This document shows positions 29,301 to 42,466 of a stretch of 64,000 nt of DNA, piece by piece. The position numbers and the translations under genes are program-made. Source of the stretch: Harriotta raleighana. Lineage: Eukaryota. The stretch spans positions 976,366-1,040,365 of the forward strand of contig JBNZDD010013610.1 in assembly GCA_050575255.1 (NCBI GenBank). Reading direction: 5' to 3'. Under the pieces are notes generated by a model that searched no databases, was not told the origin of the DNA, and saw only the letters and a list, made by a program, of their open reading frames with translations. Each line of letters opens with the position of its first letter. Within the stretch, counting starts at the first letter, position 1.

Positions 29301-31210
29301 AAGCAAAGCCAGAGGCCTGTGAAACTTCACTTCCTCTTACGCCAAGAAGGGGGAAATATTTGCTCACACATGGAGGGTTGTGAGAATGTGAACTATGAGG
29401 TCCCCAGAATGTCTCAGAAACAAAGTCAATTGGAATGGTCAAATTGGAGATAAAATACATTACTTGGGAAAAGTAATTGTATTGAGAAAAGACGAGGAAA
29501 TGGGATTAAATGATATGGGATTAAACAATAACACTCGATCTAATAGAATAGTTCAACAGGCTCAATTATGCAAAGGTTCCAAACCTCCCTGAGACCTCAC
29601 CAGAAGAGCACACTACAAACACACAGCCATCGGAAAATCACCATGAGATTTAATTGTTCAACAAAATTGTGAGCTTTAAACAGTCCAGCAACATCCCCAA
29701 GGATGTTTTGAATAACTGGGGCCATGGAGTCTTTAAGAGGTAAAGTAGTGTTGTCTTTACGACACAGTAAAATGTTTAGATGACATTGTGGAAAAAAATG
29801 ACCCCATGTAATGCAAGGGACATGATGGCATATGTTGAGGTGCCTTCTGTCATTGATTTGAGTGTTTGTAGTTAAGTTGCCAAACAATTTTTGCAGGAAG
29901 ACCATTATCTCTTTACGAGATGAGAGATCACATTTTTGAGCAGTTTGGTACTCACACACACGGGTGTTCAACTTGTGTCTTTCTTGGTTATAGTTTAGCA
30001 CAAAACAAACCATCTCTTCAGGCCTCAGAAACAAGGATAATGGCTCTCTATTCTGAAAGGGCAAAGAGATCAACTGCATTTTCCAGTTAAAATGTACTGG
30101 AGCTTGAGACAAAAATCAAACAGTGGAAGAAAAGTGACACAGGAAAGCATTCCTCTTGCAAGCCAAGTTTGGGGAGGAGTTGAGTCTGCAAAGCTCTGAT
30201 GGGAAGCTGAGTGGGAGAGGTGACATTTCTGCTATGTAATTCCAAATGTTGAGAAAAATGGGGGAGAGCAAAATCTGCAGGCAGATTTTGGCACAGTTTG
30301 ATTCCTAGAAGTCAGTCCACTTAGTGCTTCCGACAGGAATGTGGCAAGTGGTGGTGGTGGGGTGGGGAGTGGAGGGACAGAGAGAGAGAGAGATGAAAAT
30401 AGCATGTCAGAATGCAGGAAAGAACTCCCCCTTTGAACTTATTTTCATCTTTGAAGTGAAACTTTCTGTCTCATTTTGGGGAATGAAATCAGTTCATGTT
30501 TGAATACAGTTCTCTATCAAAGACAGTCCTCAAGCAAAGCCACCCCAGATTGTCTTAAGCCATTTGTTAATTCATTCCTAATGTGCATGCTTGCTCTGGT
30601 TTGGTTGCACCGTCAGGTCAAAACTGTGTCAGCCAATCTGCAACCTATAGGAACTGTAAGATAATATTCTTAGCGCTTTGCTGGCCTCAAGTAACACATT
30701 TGGTTTGGTCACGGGTGTTATACAGTATGATTCACAATAGCTGTCTTGATCTTTTATTTCCCAGAGATGAGCAAAGTTGGATTCCGACAGAGTCAACGCA
30801 ACAGTTACAGGTCAACAAATACGTTAGGTTGCCAGTTTTATGCATGAGTGATATTCCTCGCCTCTGACCCATACACTTGCAGTCAACATCCCCTGCCTAG
30901 TTACATCGGCAACTGAATTAAATGATCATTCACCTTATATAAGGACGACACTGTTACTACTTTGTTGCTACATAAGATTTCTAGAGCAAAGAATGCCACA
31001 TTTTATAGCTAACCAAATGTGATAATGATGAAATGTTCCTCTTATTGGTAAAGGATGTATTTTCTCCTCTGAACAAGGCATCATTGCTGCTTAATCTTAG
31101 CTCTCTCTCTCTATCTATGTTGACCCACGGTAACTCTTTCCTGGAACTTGATCATATGACCAACAGTGCTTGCAAATGTCTAGTCAGCACCCAATGCAGC
31201 ATTTTCAGAA

Positions 31211-31400
31211 CGCAAAATACTGCAGATGCTGGAAGTCTGAAAGAAAAATAAGTGATTGCTGGGAACCCTCAGCAGGTCAGGCAGCATCTATGGAGAAAGG
31301 AAAAGTGAGTCAATGTTTCAGGTCCATGAAACAGAACTTTCCCTTCTCCATAGATGCTGCCTGACCTGGTGAATGTTCCCAGCGATTTCTGTTTTTCTTA
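31211..31400. mobile_element. Palindromic (fold-back) Penelope-like terminal element
   Basis: About 50-bp inverted arms (31257-31306 and 31336-31385) of the same family as 783-890 and 34080-34190. Confidence 0.7.
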
Positions 31401-32600
31401 CAGCATTTTAAGAAGCCTTTTTTCAGCTAATTGGAGGAAGAGGCAAAGGCACTCCAGTGAGTGAATACTTACTCGCCTCCCGCAACTTCCTCACTTTATG
31501 CTTCCTCAAGGCGAGAGGAAAAAGGTTATTTCAAATAAAGCAATTAAAGGGTGAGATCCTTCTAGCAAAGGTGTTTGAGGTTTGCAGCTCCTGAGATGGG
31601 ACAAACAAACTGATTGCTGTATTAGCCTGAAGAGTAATGTATGGTTCCTTCAGCGCTGAGTGGAATCCACTCAACAGGTTCACACTGATTGCTGCTGTGT
31701 CCCAATGTTTCCCATACAAGTCAAATAAGCAGGAACATGCAACGGCACGTCCGATTGCATAGGCAGCGACGTGCCAGGTTGATCAAACGCACAGCTCTGA
31801 GAAGAATTTTGAGAAGGCAAAAGCAAGCCATGAATGTACTCACAAGGAGGAGGGCTAATTTGCAATATTTGCAAACCAGGTTCATTACATGCACACCCAC
31901 ACAGACACACATATCAACTCTTGAAATAATACTGTAATCTTACTCTTTATTCAAATTGCCAACATTCAGATATGCTTCCTCAGCAAAACACGCAGAGCAA
32001 CACAGATCAAACACAGCCCCCACTGGTTAGTGTCGCTAAACTTAAATGCGTGAAGAATTTCTGGTTTGGAATTCTGAACAGGCTCGCAGGCACATGGTGA
32101 CATTTAATTTCCAGTTTTGACCTTGGAAATATGAACATTCTCAAGAATTTTAAGAATGGTAAAGGTTTCTTATCAAGGGAGGCAGATTCAAAATAATAAT
32201 CCTTGGTAAAAAGAGCAATGCTTAACAAAATATGCTGGACAGATTGCAATTTGGTTGTACGTCACAGTGGAGCCCTGTTACAATACGGGATAGCTTGACA
32301 TCCATAAAACTCTAACCAGAGTTAAAATCGCTCGTCAACTCTTCCCCATTCACTGTCAGCACGGGAGCAGATAGCAGCCTGGATTCCCACAACAGACTGT
32401 AAAAAAATGGCCAACTTCCAGATCACCAAGTGGTTCTTGATGTCACTTCCTGCACTCTGCACAATAGGCCATTTTTAGTGGCTGAGGAGCTGTCTGGTGT
32501 TTTGAAGTAAGCTGATTTGCTTCCTCACACATTTTGGATTTGAGGTAAATATCAAGGGCAGCATTCCACCATGATATAATGTTACAACATAGCATGTTAT

Positions 32601-32910
32601 GGGAGGCCGGTAGCTCAGTGGGTAATGAGCACTCGCCTCACAAGTGAGAGACCTGGGTTCGATTCCCGGCAGGGCAAAACCCTGGGCAACTTTCCTTACT
32701 CCACATGCCTAATAATAATCCCTCTAAAAAAACAACAATGATAAATTGGCCATTAGCATCCTCGACTGTTTGTGGGACACTGCTGTGTACAATTGGCTGC
32801 TGAGTTTCACCCACAAATATACAATCAATTCACTTTACAGAATATTCTGTGAGGTGCTTTGAGACGTCTTGAAGATGTGAAAAGCACTATATAAAAATGC
32901 AAGGATTACT
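32601..32910 (+). mobile_element. tRNA-derived SINE, full length, with L2-like 3' tail
   Basis: A box TAGCTCAGTGG (32611-32621), B box GGTTCGATTCC (32656-32666), conserved body, tail ...GTGAAAAGCACTATATAAAAATGCAAGGATTA; many copies in the window. Confidence 0.88.
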
Positions 32911-34079
32911 GTATTAAGTATCAGTTGTCTAGTTTGAAATAAATTTACATGTTTTCAATTAAAAGTGAGGCACAGAGAAGGATGGTTGAAAAACTTTGTA
33001 ACCCATTCAGTATTCAAACCTTTGAGTTTATGCTACAGAGATTTTCAAAGCAATGAGGCCTCTCTTAAAATTTAGCATGGACGTTTTGGTGAAATCAGTA
33101 GCTGAAGTGAGGGTGAAAATGGTGACATTTTATAGGAGATTCCATCCATCGAACTGACTATGAACTGTTGCAATTTAATCCGCTCCTTCCCCCAATTTCT
33201 ATGCTTCTTAGGCCCTTTGAAGAAATATGCACTTTTTTTGCCACAACAGTGAGACAAATGTTCAGAAAACATTGCCTTTAATCAGCAAAACTCTTACGCA
33301 TGTAGGATGAGAGACTTTGCAATGTTATTAAACATGATTCACAAAAGTCGTAACAGCCCAACAATTAATTCTGTGTCCGCTGCATTTTATCATGCCCTCT
33401 GATAATGCCAGAAACACAAGGATATGGACAGTACCAAATTCTTCTAAACAAAACGTTCAAACCACTGGTGTATCTGGAGACGGAAATAACATTCCTATCA
33501 CGAGGAGTCTCTCTATTCCATCTCTCCAACCTTGAGTAAGATTGTGAGAAAGACTTCTTTCTCAATGAATATTGCATTCATAAAGTCTAGTCTTTTGTAT
33601 ATGCAGATATAATGTTTTTAAATATACATATGTTAGCGATAAAGTTTAGCTTTGGCTTGAAGAAAACAAGACAAAATGTCCTGATACAAAAGAATTCAAT
33701 TCTTTGGTGAAAAAGAATGATGAGAGAAAGATGAGTGAGGTAGGGCGGAGCTGAACAGATCTTTTAAATAAAGATTGGGGTCTCTGGGAAGAACATGTCC
33801 CTTGTTAAGGCATCTTTACTAGGAGCAGTAAACTACAGTAAGGGTGGATCAATGAATGGCAAGGATACCTGCCCTACCTCCTGACAGCAGAAAGGTAGAA
33901 ATTCTGCATCAGCTAGCAGAGAAAACAATGTTTAGACAGACCAAACAAAGTGCATAATAGCTGTTTAGTGTGCTCCTGAGGCACACGTTGCTCAACACCC
34001 CTTGAGAAAAACCCTACACAGCAGGTTCAGGCGCGATGCGACGTTAATAAAATAAAGCTCGGGCATAGAGGTAATTTAT

Positions 34080-34190
34080 GAAACAAAACCAGAAGTTGCT
34101 GGGGAAACTCAGTAGGTCAGGCAGCATCCATGGAGAATGGAAAGTGAATCGACGTTTCAGGTCCACGGCCCTTCGTCAGAACTGGGGCTG
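34080..34190 (-). mobile_element. Penelope-like terminal fragment
   Basis: Same family as 783-890 and 31211-31400; carries an intact hammerhead core. Confidence 0.65.
34147..34183 (-). ncRNA. Minimal type I hammerhead ribozyme motif
   Basis: AGUU-CUGACGA-AGGGCCGUGGACCU-GAAA-C-GUC-GAUU: CUGANGA and GAAA boxes, GUC triplet, imperfect stems I and II, palindromic ACGU stem III. Confidence 0.65.
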
Positions 34191-34228
34191 TGGACTGTTT
34201 AGAGGGAGAGGGTTTAAGGACATCAGGC

Positions 34229-34262
34229 GGGGGGGGGGGGGGNGGGGGGGGGGGGGGGGGGG
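34229..34262. repeat. poly-G run containing an assembly N
   Basis: Directly visible; true length uncertain. Confidence 0.8.
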
Positions 34263-35843
34263 AGTGAGGCAGGACATGGAAGATAAAGGAGACAAAGAAG
34301 ACAAAGGAAAAAGAGTGTGTAAACTGATGGAATTACTGATGGTAATTTATTGAGAGTAATTTATGAGATATTTTGAATGAGAAGGGAATGACAGGAACCG
34401 CCTGTGGCCTGTGGCATGTTTCCACACATGGCCATCTGCGAGATGACATGAAAGGAAGCTCCACCTGTCTTTTCATGGGCAGTGAAGGTGGACATTTTGA
34501 AGCCCAACAGGTTTCCCTGGTTCTAAGCTAACTCACGGAATTGAGCATTGTGGATGCACAGCCTTGGGCAGTGAGGCAGCTGTGAAGCATTCTTTCTCTC
34601 TTGCTACACTGGCCAGCTCTAGCCCTCCTCGGGCTTCTCTTGAAGTACGAATGGTGCTATTGATGGAAACAATTTCAGCGCCTTGGGACGTCCTCCCAAC
34701 ACAAAAGGCACTAGAAAATATGAATTTGTTGTTGAAATGGTTTTTCCCTGTCGGCTGGGGGAGGTAAATTTGATGGAGGTTGATGAGGAGAGAGACAGAA
34801 GAAAATCACAACTGAAAATAATATATATTCAAAGAAAATAAATGGTGGCCTNATATATTCAAAGAAAATAAATGGTGGAAATATTTAGGCAGATTCTTAC
34901 AGGCCTGGGCTAGTCTTGCTATCAAGAGTTCTTTTCACAAGCATATAATTCTAGGCCAAGTTTCAGAGTGGATGGTTTCAACGTGCTTATTATATAGTAA
35001 TCATAGCCTGGTTTGAGCCATAAAATCCCACTGTATTTCAGTGCCATGTGTCAATGTGGATAGTTACACAAATACCTCGGAAACTCAGTCCTGCCACAAA
35101 CATTCCATGTCTGGCTCGCTACAGTTTTCCGTTAAAATCTCTCGTCACGTTAAGTTTCAATCGAGCCGCTGACTGGTTGAACCAGAATTCACTTTGGTTT
35201 CTGAATGGAATTCTAAATATCAGGGTTGTAACTGGAGTCCTTCAGTCGAAGGAATGCGAGTCACGCAAATGGGGATTCCCTCCAGTGACCGAAGTACGTC
35301 ACACCGGCCCACAGGAAACCTGCTCTGACGTCATGTACATGTGGCACGGAGTTACTGTGGGTCAACGAGAATTCTAAGCAGGAATGCTGTTCCGGAACAA
35401 CACAAGCTAAACTCCAGCCAGTGTTCAACTATCTTTCACACCATTGCGAGCGATCCATGACTACCAGTGGTAGAGATATGCTCACAAAATGCACAGTCAC
35501 TCCACTTTACAGTATATCCAATGAAGCGCTTTCCTCAAGTGAAAGGCGCAATATCAAATGCAAAGTTTTTATTACTAATATTATTGCTATAGCAGTGCAA
35601 GGATTAATATCATTGTTATTCAAAACCTTTGACACTATAGTTTTGATGACAGCACACTATAACCAAACAACACTATGACACAGTTTTTTTTGTTGAAAAG
35701 CCATATTTTTCATTGAGAAAAATATAGAATTGATCTTAAAGTGCTAACATTATTGCGGACCCCCTAAATAATCATTTCAGAGCTGTTTTCCAAACTTCAT
35801 GTATTATAATAACAACAATGCTGGAGGCAGCATAATATTATCA

Positions 35844-35939
<96 letters not shown>

Positions 35940-37829
35940 TTAGTTGTAAAGGAACATTGACACGTAATAAACATACCAATATTACTGAAATGCTATCAAT
36001 CGTATGGATCTTAGAAGTAGCAATCCAGCCATTACATTTAATAATAAATCTTCTCAAGCGCTTTGCAACGACTTCAATAATGTGAAGAATAACTATCGCT
36101 CCAGTAGCAAACAATTAAATCAACCGATAGCTGATCCTAAACAACAACAAAATTATATTGGTATGGTGCCTTTCAGATTGTAGGACACAGATGCAGGGCA
36201 CTGCTCAAATGATTATGAGTGAAAAGTTTTAACATAGACACAACTCACTGTTTCAGATTGAAGTCTGATGTCAAATTCTTATCCTTCTTGTAAGAGCTAA
36301 CTATCGGCACAAAACAGGTCTGTTCTGTGGACCGTATTAATCAAGGATAATGCAGAGCATCTGAATTGGATCTGAATCTCAGACCTATTCCGGGCCGTTC
36401 AGTTCTGCACAACTCGTTCTTGCTCCCACCATCACGGGTAGACTATTTGATGCTTTATGATCCCTTACAGCTACTGATGCCAGCTGACAGTAGGAACTAA
36501 GGTTGGCTTCATGCATCAGCAAACGGTGGCTGAAAGAGTGGCTCATGCAAGTGCCTATCTCCACTGTGGCACATAAGATTGTGTACAGCAAGCTACTGGA
36601 TATGCACTGCAAAGAGTCCTGGAAGCCTGCTGGAATAATGGGATGTCTTCCTGAGTTTGTGGACATGTAAAGCTCAGTCCTGCAAGCAGTTTCCTCTCTC
36701 ACATACACAAACAAAAAAAGAGGAAAGTCCTGTGGTACTCAAAGAATTAACGGCTGGTTTTTAACAATGGACCAAAACAAAACTGAGCCCTCTAATAAAT
36801 GCCTGTCAAAATCTGCCTCTGAAAATATTCTCTAACTCGCCTATCAACATGTAAGCTTGCAAAACATTCCAGTTAACTCCCAATAAAGTATTTGGGGCTT
36901 TCCAGGGAACTTCAGTTGAAGAGTTTCAAACTTCCAAAGCTCTGCCTGCTTACTGTAAGAACGAAGTCTTGTCATAATAATATATTTGGTATGTTTGGGC
37001 TGGTTCTCATTTCCAAAGGCTACAATGAGGAAACTGGCTAGTTGATGTGATTTTGAATAACCATAGACAACTATTAGGGTTAGTGATAATGATCACATAC
37101 CACATTTCTCTACAAGCACAAAACATTATCCCTGAAAACAGGCTTGGCTGCTTGATTGAATCTGTTCAGTTTTTTTTGTGTTCTTTTGCAATGCAAAGTA
37201 TCGTTATTATATAAAGGTGTTGAATTCCCAGCTTGCTGTTCAAATCTTTTCTCACCTCGATCCCAACCGAAACATGGAGATCAGAGTCTCCCTGAAGTCA
37301 CGGAGCCAACAAAAGAAAGGGAGAATGAGCCTTAATCCATTAAAGTCAGAGAAAAAAAGACTACAAGCAATCGCAGACTGTGTTCTATAAAACATTGGCA
37401 GTGGCTCTTATTGACATCTCATATTACTCTGGGCACTATTCCTGTTCTTTATTATCAAAGCAGCAATTTCAAAAGGCCTAACAAATAGCACGTTGAAAGT
37501 AGTTGAATGTCTGGAAGGTGCACACACTGGCTTAGGGGTTTCTTCCAAAGGATTAATAACTGCGCTACACAGAGCTAATCACTGCACTGCACACAGTTGT
37601 TTTGGTTTCATTCAATCTTATCTTCCCCATAACATTGGGATCACGGCGCAATCAATGGGGTCTAAAAAGAGAGTTGGTGAACCAGCGAAATGGACAAACA
37701 GGCTGAATGACCTCCTTCCATGCCTAAGTCCCCTCCAGTTTTTGAGAGAGGAGAAAATTGGCTGAAGGAATAAGAGCATTCTTTGCACAGGAAGTAGCAT
37801 TTTACATTAGCAATAATAATAACAATCAG

Positions 37830-38137
37830 TATTTCAAAGTGAATTGACTGTTTGTTTTGAAGATGAAATGCGGCAGCCAATTGCGCACAGAAGTGTCCCA
37901 CAAACAGTTGTAGATTGAGTGACCAAATTATTATTTTTAAAAGAAAATGTATAAGGAATTATTACCCACAGAAAAGCGATCAGTCAATTGACTAACAACC
38001 GGGTTCCTACTTACTGCTAGGTAAACAGAGGCATGTGGAGTAAGGAAACTTGCCTATGTTTCGCCTTGGCTAGGAATTGAACCCAAGCCATATCGTTTGC
38101 GAGGTGTGTGCCCTAACCAATGCGCTATAGAACTCCA
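37830..38137 (-). mobile_element. tRNA-derived SINE (interrupted at about 37960-38028)
   Basis: Reverse-complement homology to 32601-32910. Confidence 0.75.
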
Positions 38138-40254
38138 CAATCTACAAATTATGCATTGAGTGACCATTTCAAACTGTGGCAACGGAGTCCTGAGAGCAGC
38201 CAGCAGTAACTGCACACAATCGCTTCCCTTTACAGCCGTGACATTAAGCTCCAGTTTGGTTTGGGTGCGGCAGGATATAGTTCCTGTCCAAACAAGCTTC
38301 CCCACCCAGCACCGGCTTTGTGCCTGCCTCGACACACTACATCTGTGCTTCAGCCTCTGTGGAGCACAATGGCGCTAATTTCACAGGTCTGCTCGCAACA
38401 TCCCTCTGCGAGTTTAGAAGGGAAATGCCCCTCAGGAGTGGAGTGGGAAGTTAGGCAAAAGAAAAACAATAAGATGGTGGTGAATCAAGAAAAAAGAAAA
38501 CCTGAATTGACTTAACCAGGTTCCTCTGTGCTTCTGCCAATCATGATCTCACTATCCTCCACATCTGGAATCAAATCTCACATACATTTCAGTTGCCTTT
38601 GCTCTTTTGAGCACAGAATTTGCGCACATGTTCAGGGACAGAAGGCCCTGGAAGCCCTATTGGTAATAATATTTGATATAGTGGCTTATCACATTACTGA
38701 GATGTCTCAAAGCGCTTCCCAGAATGCACTATAAAATGGATTGACTTGTGTATTTTGTGGTCAGTTGCTGACTCTGTAAATTCTGCCGAGAGGATGGAAG
38801 AAGGAAGGAAAGAAAGATAGCATTTTTAGGAAGAGAGTCCAGATAACTGCTACCTTTTAAAATATTTAAGTATAATTTAGGCCAAAGGTATCCTGGCAGA
38901 ATGCAGATTTCATTTAGATGCACAGAATGTCGATGACAGGATATCGATTGGAGTGGGGAAATACAAATAATTACAAGGATGATTATTATTATTACATCAT
39001 CTAGCAGAAAGACGTGCAAAAATTTTAACTTTTATTGTCCTCAAAGTCTGTTTGCGTCACCCCCTCCCCCCCCAAAGAAGTTTAGAAGCTTCATTGACCG
39101 ATGCCGTTGTAAACTCCACAAAACTCTTTGCATTCTGTGCAAAGTTAGCTATTAACCAAATAATGGTGTCCTTTGCCAACATCTGAACAACTGCCAAAAT
39201 GTGTACTTCCCAGTCAAACCACAGCTCTCTAAAGTAAGCACAAACAACCTGTATTGAAATATGCTCCCCCTGAATAGGTTGGAAAGGTTACTTCCTTTTG
39301 GATGAAAAAATATTGACACTGAACGAAAGAAATATCAAACTCAAATCACTGCTTGACAGATTAAGTCAAGAGTTCTCAAAACTTAACTTTATTAAAAAGT
39401 GAATTGAGAAATATTTAACATTCCAAACGATGAATGTTTGCAATAGGCAATGTTTAACAATGGTATCAGTGCCATCATTAAACAGGGTTCACCTTAACAA
39501 GCCTGCTTGTCTGCTGGCTGCCAAACAAGTTATCACAAACTGTGATTGCGGAGAGAATTCATTGGAAATTTAGAATTCTCATTCTAAGAATTTTTGACTC
39601 TTGCCCCTAAGGCTTGAGATGTCTGCTATATAATTCTAGAGCTGGTTCAGAGCCTCAATGCCTTGGGACTACTCCTGATATGAAAGGCGCTCTATAAACG
39701 TTGTTTTGTTGTTGTTTGGAAATTTGTGAGGTGCCATTTATCCAGCCATCAAACAATCGATCAACAACAATAACAACAAAATTACACTTGTATAGTGCCT
39801 TTCAATCAATCACATTAGTTTCAAGTCCTTCACAAAAATAATCACTGATATTTAGTCCCTTCCCTCGTCACTCCTTGGATTTACTACCAGGTTAATAACA
39901 ATGTGTTTAACAACCCAATCCAACCAAATCCCTCAATGGGCTGTGTCTGACTCACCAGTTTATATTTCCATTCAAGCCTTGACATTACTTTTCTCCGAAA
40001 CATTTCACAAACACACAAGCCTCTAAAATTCCACCCATTCTTTTCCTTAATACTATTTTGTCCTGAAATTTTAAATTGTGCAGATTTGGGATAATCTCTT
40101 AATTTGGAAGTTGGTTGAGTCCTACAGACCTGCTTTCTATGCTGCACCAGTACATGGGACACGTTCAGCGCCTTGGGACGTCCTCCTGATGTGAAAGATA
40201 CTCTATAAATGTAATTTTGTTGTTGTTGTATGTAATTCCAACCCGCATGTAGAT

Positions 40255-40491
40255 TTGGCATTGCGAGCCTTCAGTCACTCTGCCCTCTGCCCCCAACCTC
40301 TAGAACTCCATCCTGAAGTACCTCCATCTCGCACCTTCCCTGGCCTCCTTCAAGTCTCATCTCAACACTCTCCTCTTCAATGCTCCGGCGACTCCTACAC
40401 CTCCCCCCCCCTTAGTAACCTGTCCATCACCTTGGGACGTCCTCCTGACGTGAAAGGCACTATATAAATGTAATTTTTTTTTTGTTGTTGC
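40255..40491 (+). mobile_element. L2 LINE 3' end (ORF2 C-terminal remnant plus tail)
   Basis: RAFSHSA-like remnant; tail CCTTGGGACGTCCTCCTGACGTGAAAGGCACTATATAAATGTAATTTT(TTG)n; another tail copy at 40165-40229. Confidence 0.75.
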
Positions 40492-40986
40492 TTTAAAATG
40501 AATAGAAACACTGCCAAAATCAGTTTCATGAACGGCGCATAGGGGTTCACAGAGGAGGTTCCATTGGAAGGGACTTTGGTGTTTTTATTTTGTAACGCTT
40601 GAAATTCACATTCTAAGAATCTTGCCCTTAAGGCTTGAGTTGTCTGCTATATAATTCTACGCAACTGTTTCTAGAGCTGATTCAGATCCTCAGTCACCAA
40701 ACTTGCTCTTTCCTTCTGGGCAATAGAACACATACAGAGCAACCTCTGTCTAATGGGGTGATCAAGTCAATAAACTCACAACCCCCTGCCAACCCCCCCA
40801 CCACCACCACACTCATGTTAAAAGGAAACTTGAAGAAATGGTTGCCTTCCAGGTCATCAGATCATAGGCAAATCAACTCATCTCCTTTGCATAGTGACAT
40901 CAGCAGTCACTTTCTGCACATATGGAGGAAATGGCACCTGGAAAGCAGCTATTTTTTGTGATCTTGCTTGTCAGTGGAAGAAGCTA

Positions 40987-41307
<321 letters not shown>

Positions 41308-42277
41308 TCATAGCCTCCTGTTTCACATAGAAATGTACCCACTAAATACGTTTCATCAGTTCAATCACTTATACTCTTGAGGGATAAGGAGATGTCTTGT
41401 TGCGATTCGTTTCACCAGATCAGTTGGCATTGTCCTTAAATACGATACCATGTCAAAGTGCTTATCCAGTATTTATTGGCAAATAACCATTTTGCCAAAC
41501 ATTAGTCCCGCTCAAATATTTATCCAATTCCCTCATAAAAGCCCATATGCATTTTGCCTTAACAATAGTTCAGGTAATTGTGGGGGTTTATGCAGTAACA
41601 AGCTGCTTGAAATTATGTGTCTCTTGGGTGCACAAAATCTTCAGCCAGTTCTGAGATTTCATATTGGCTTTGTTTGTTGGCTCAATCGGTTGCCAGAGGA
41701 TTGCAGCATTCAAACAAGATGTGTATGTTTCATTGCTCAAGAGAATCGCAGTTAAATCTGAGAACCATTTGCCGTTTGATTATGTTCTCGTCCTATTCTG
41801 CATCCCGGCCACTCACTCAATCCATGGTTTATTTGTGCGGACATTGCTGTGCGAAACTGGCCTCTGCGTTTCGTTTGCAACATACAGAGTCAAAATACAC
41901 TTTACCGTATACCCTGTGAAATGCCTTGTTACAGCTCAATGCCATAATAAAGGGCTAGAACAAATGCAAGGATTATTATTGGTAATCGCCCTGTGAGGGT
42001 TGGTAAGATGCTCATCATTGATAAAAGTTATGTATATGTTATTCTTCATTCCATCGTTCTTCATTCTANGTAAGATGCTCATCATTGATAAAAGTTATGT
42101 ATATGTTATTCTTCATTCCATCGTACATACTGTCACATAGAATGGATCAGCAGTGAATAATATACAGGGGAACTTCATAATCTGCAAATCTTCAGAATCC
42201 CCCAGTTCATAAAGGTCTACAAATAGTCCACAATCTTCTTGTGGTTTGTAATATCAATTTCATTTTATGGTCCATTA

Positions 42278-42466
42278 ATCCAGGCAGAGCAAAACCTTGG
42301 GCAAATTTCCTTACTCCAAATAGTTAATAATAATCCCTTTAATAAAACAATTAATTAATTGGTCATTTGAATCCACAACTGTTTGTAGGACACTGCTGTG
42401 TGCAATTGGCTGCTGAGTTTCGCCAACAAGTATACAATCAATTCACTTTACAGTAGTCTGTGAAGA
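42278..42466 (+). mobile_element. tRNA-derived SINE, 5'-truncated
   Basis: Body homologous to 32665-32855. Confidence 0.75.

Noticed and set aside
29597-30112. 171-aa minus-strand ORF in intron 3
   Set aside because: Non-ATG start, no recognisable domain, composition typical of random AT-rich intron.
32601-32675. Possible tRNA gene
   Set aside because: A/B boxes continue into a multi-copy SINE body and tail; it is a SINE head.
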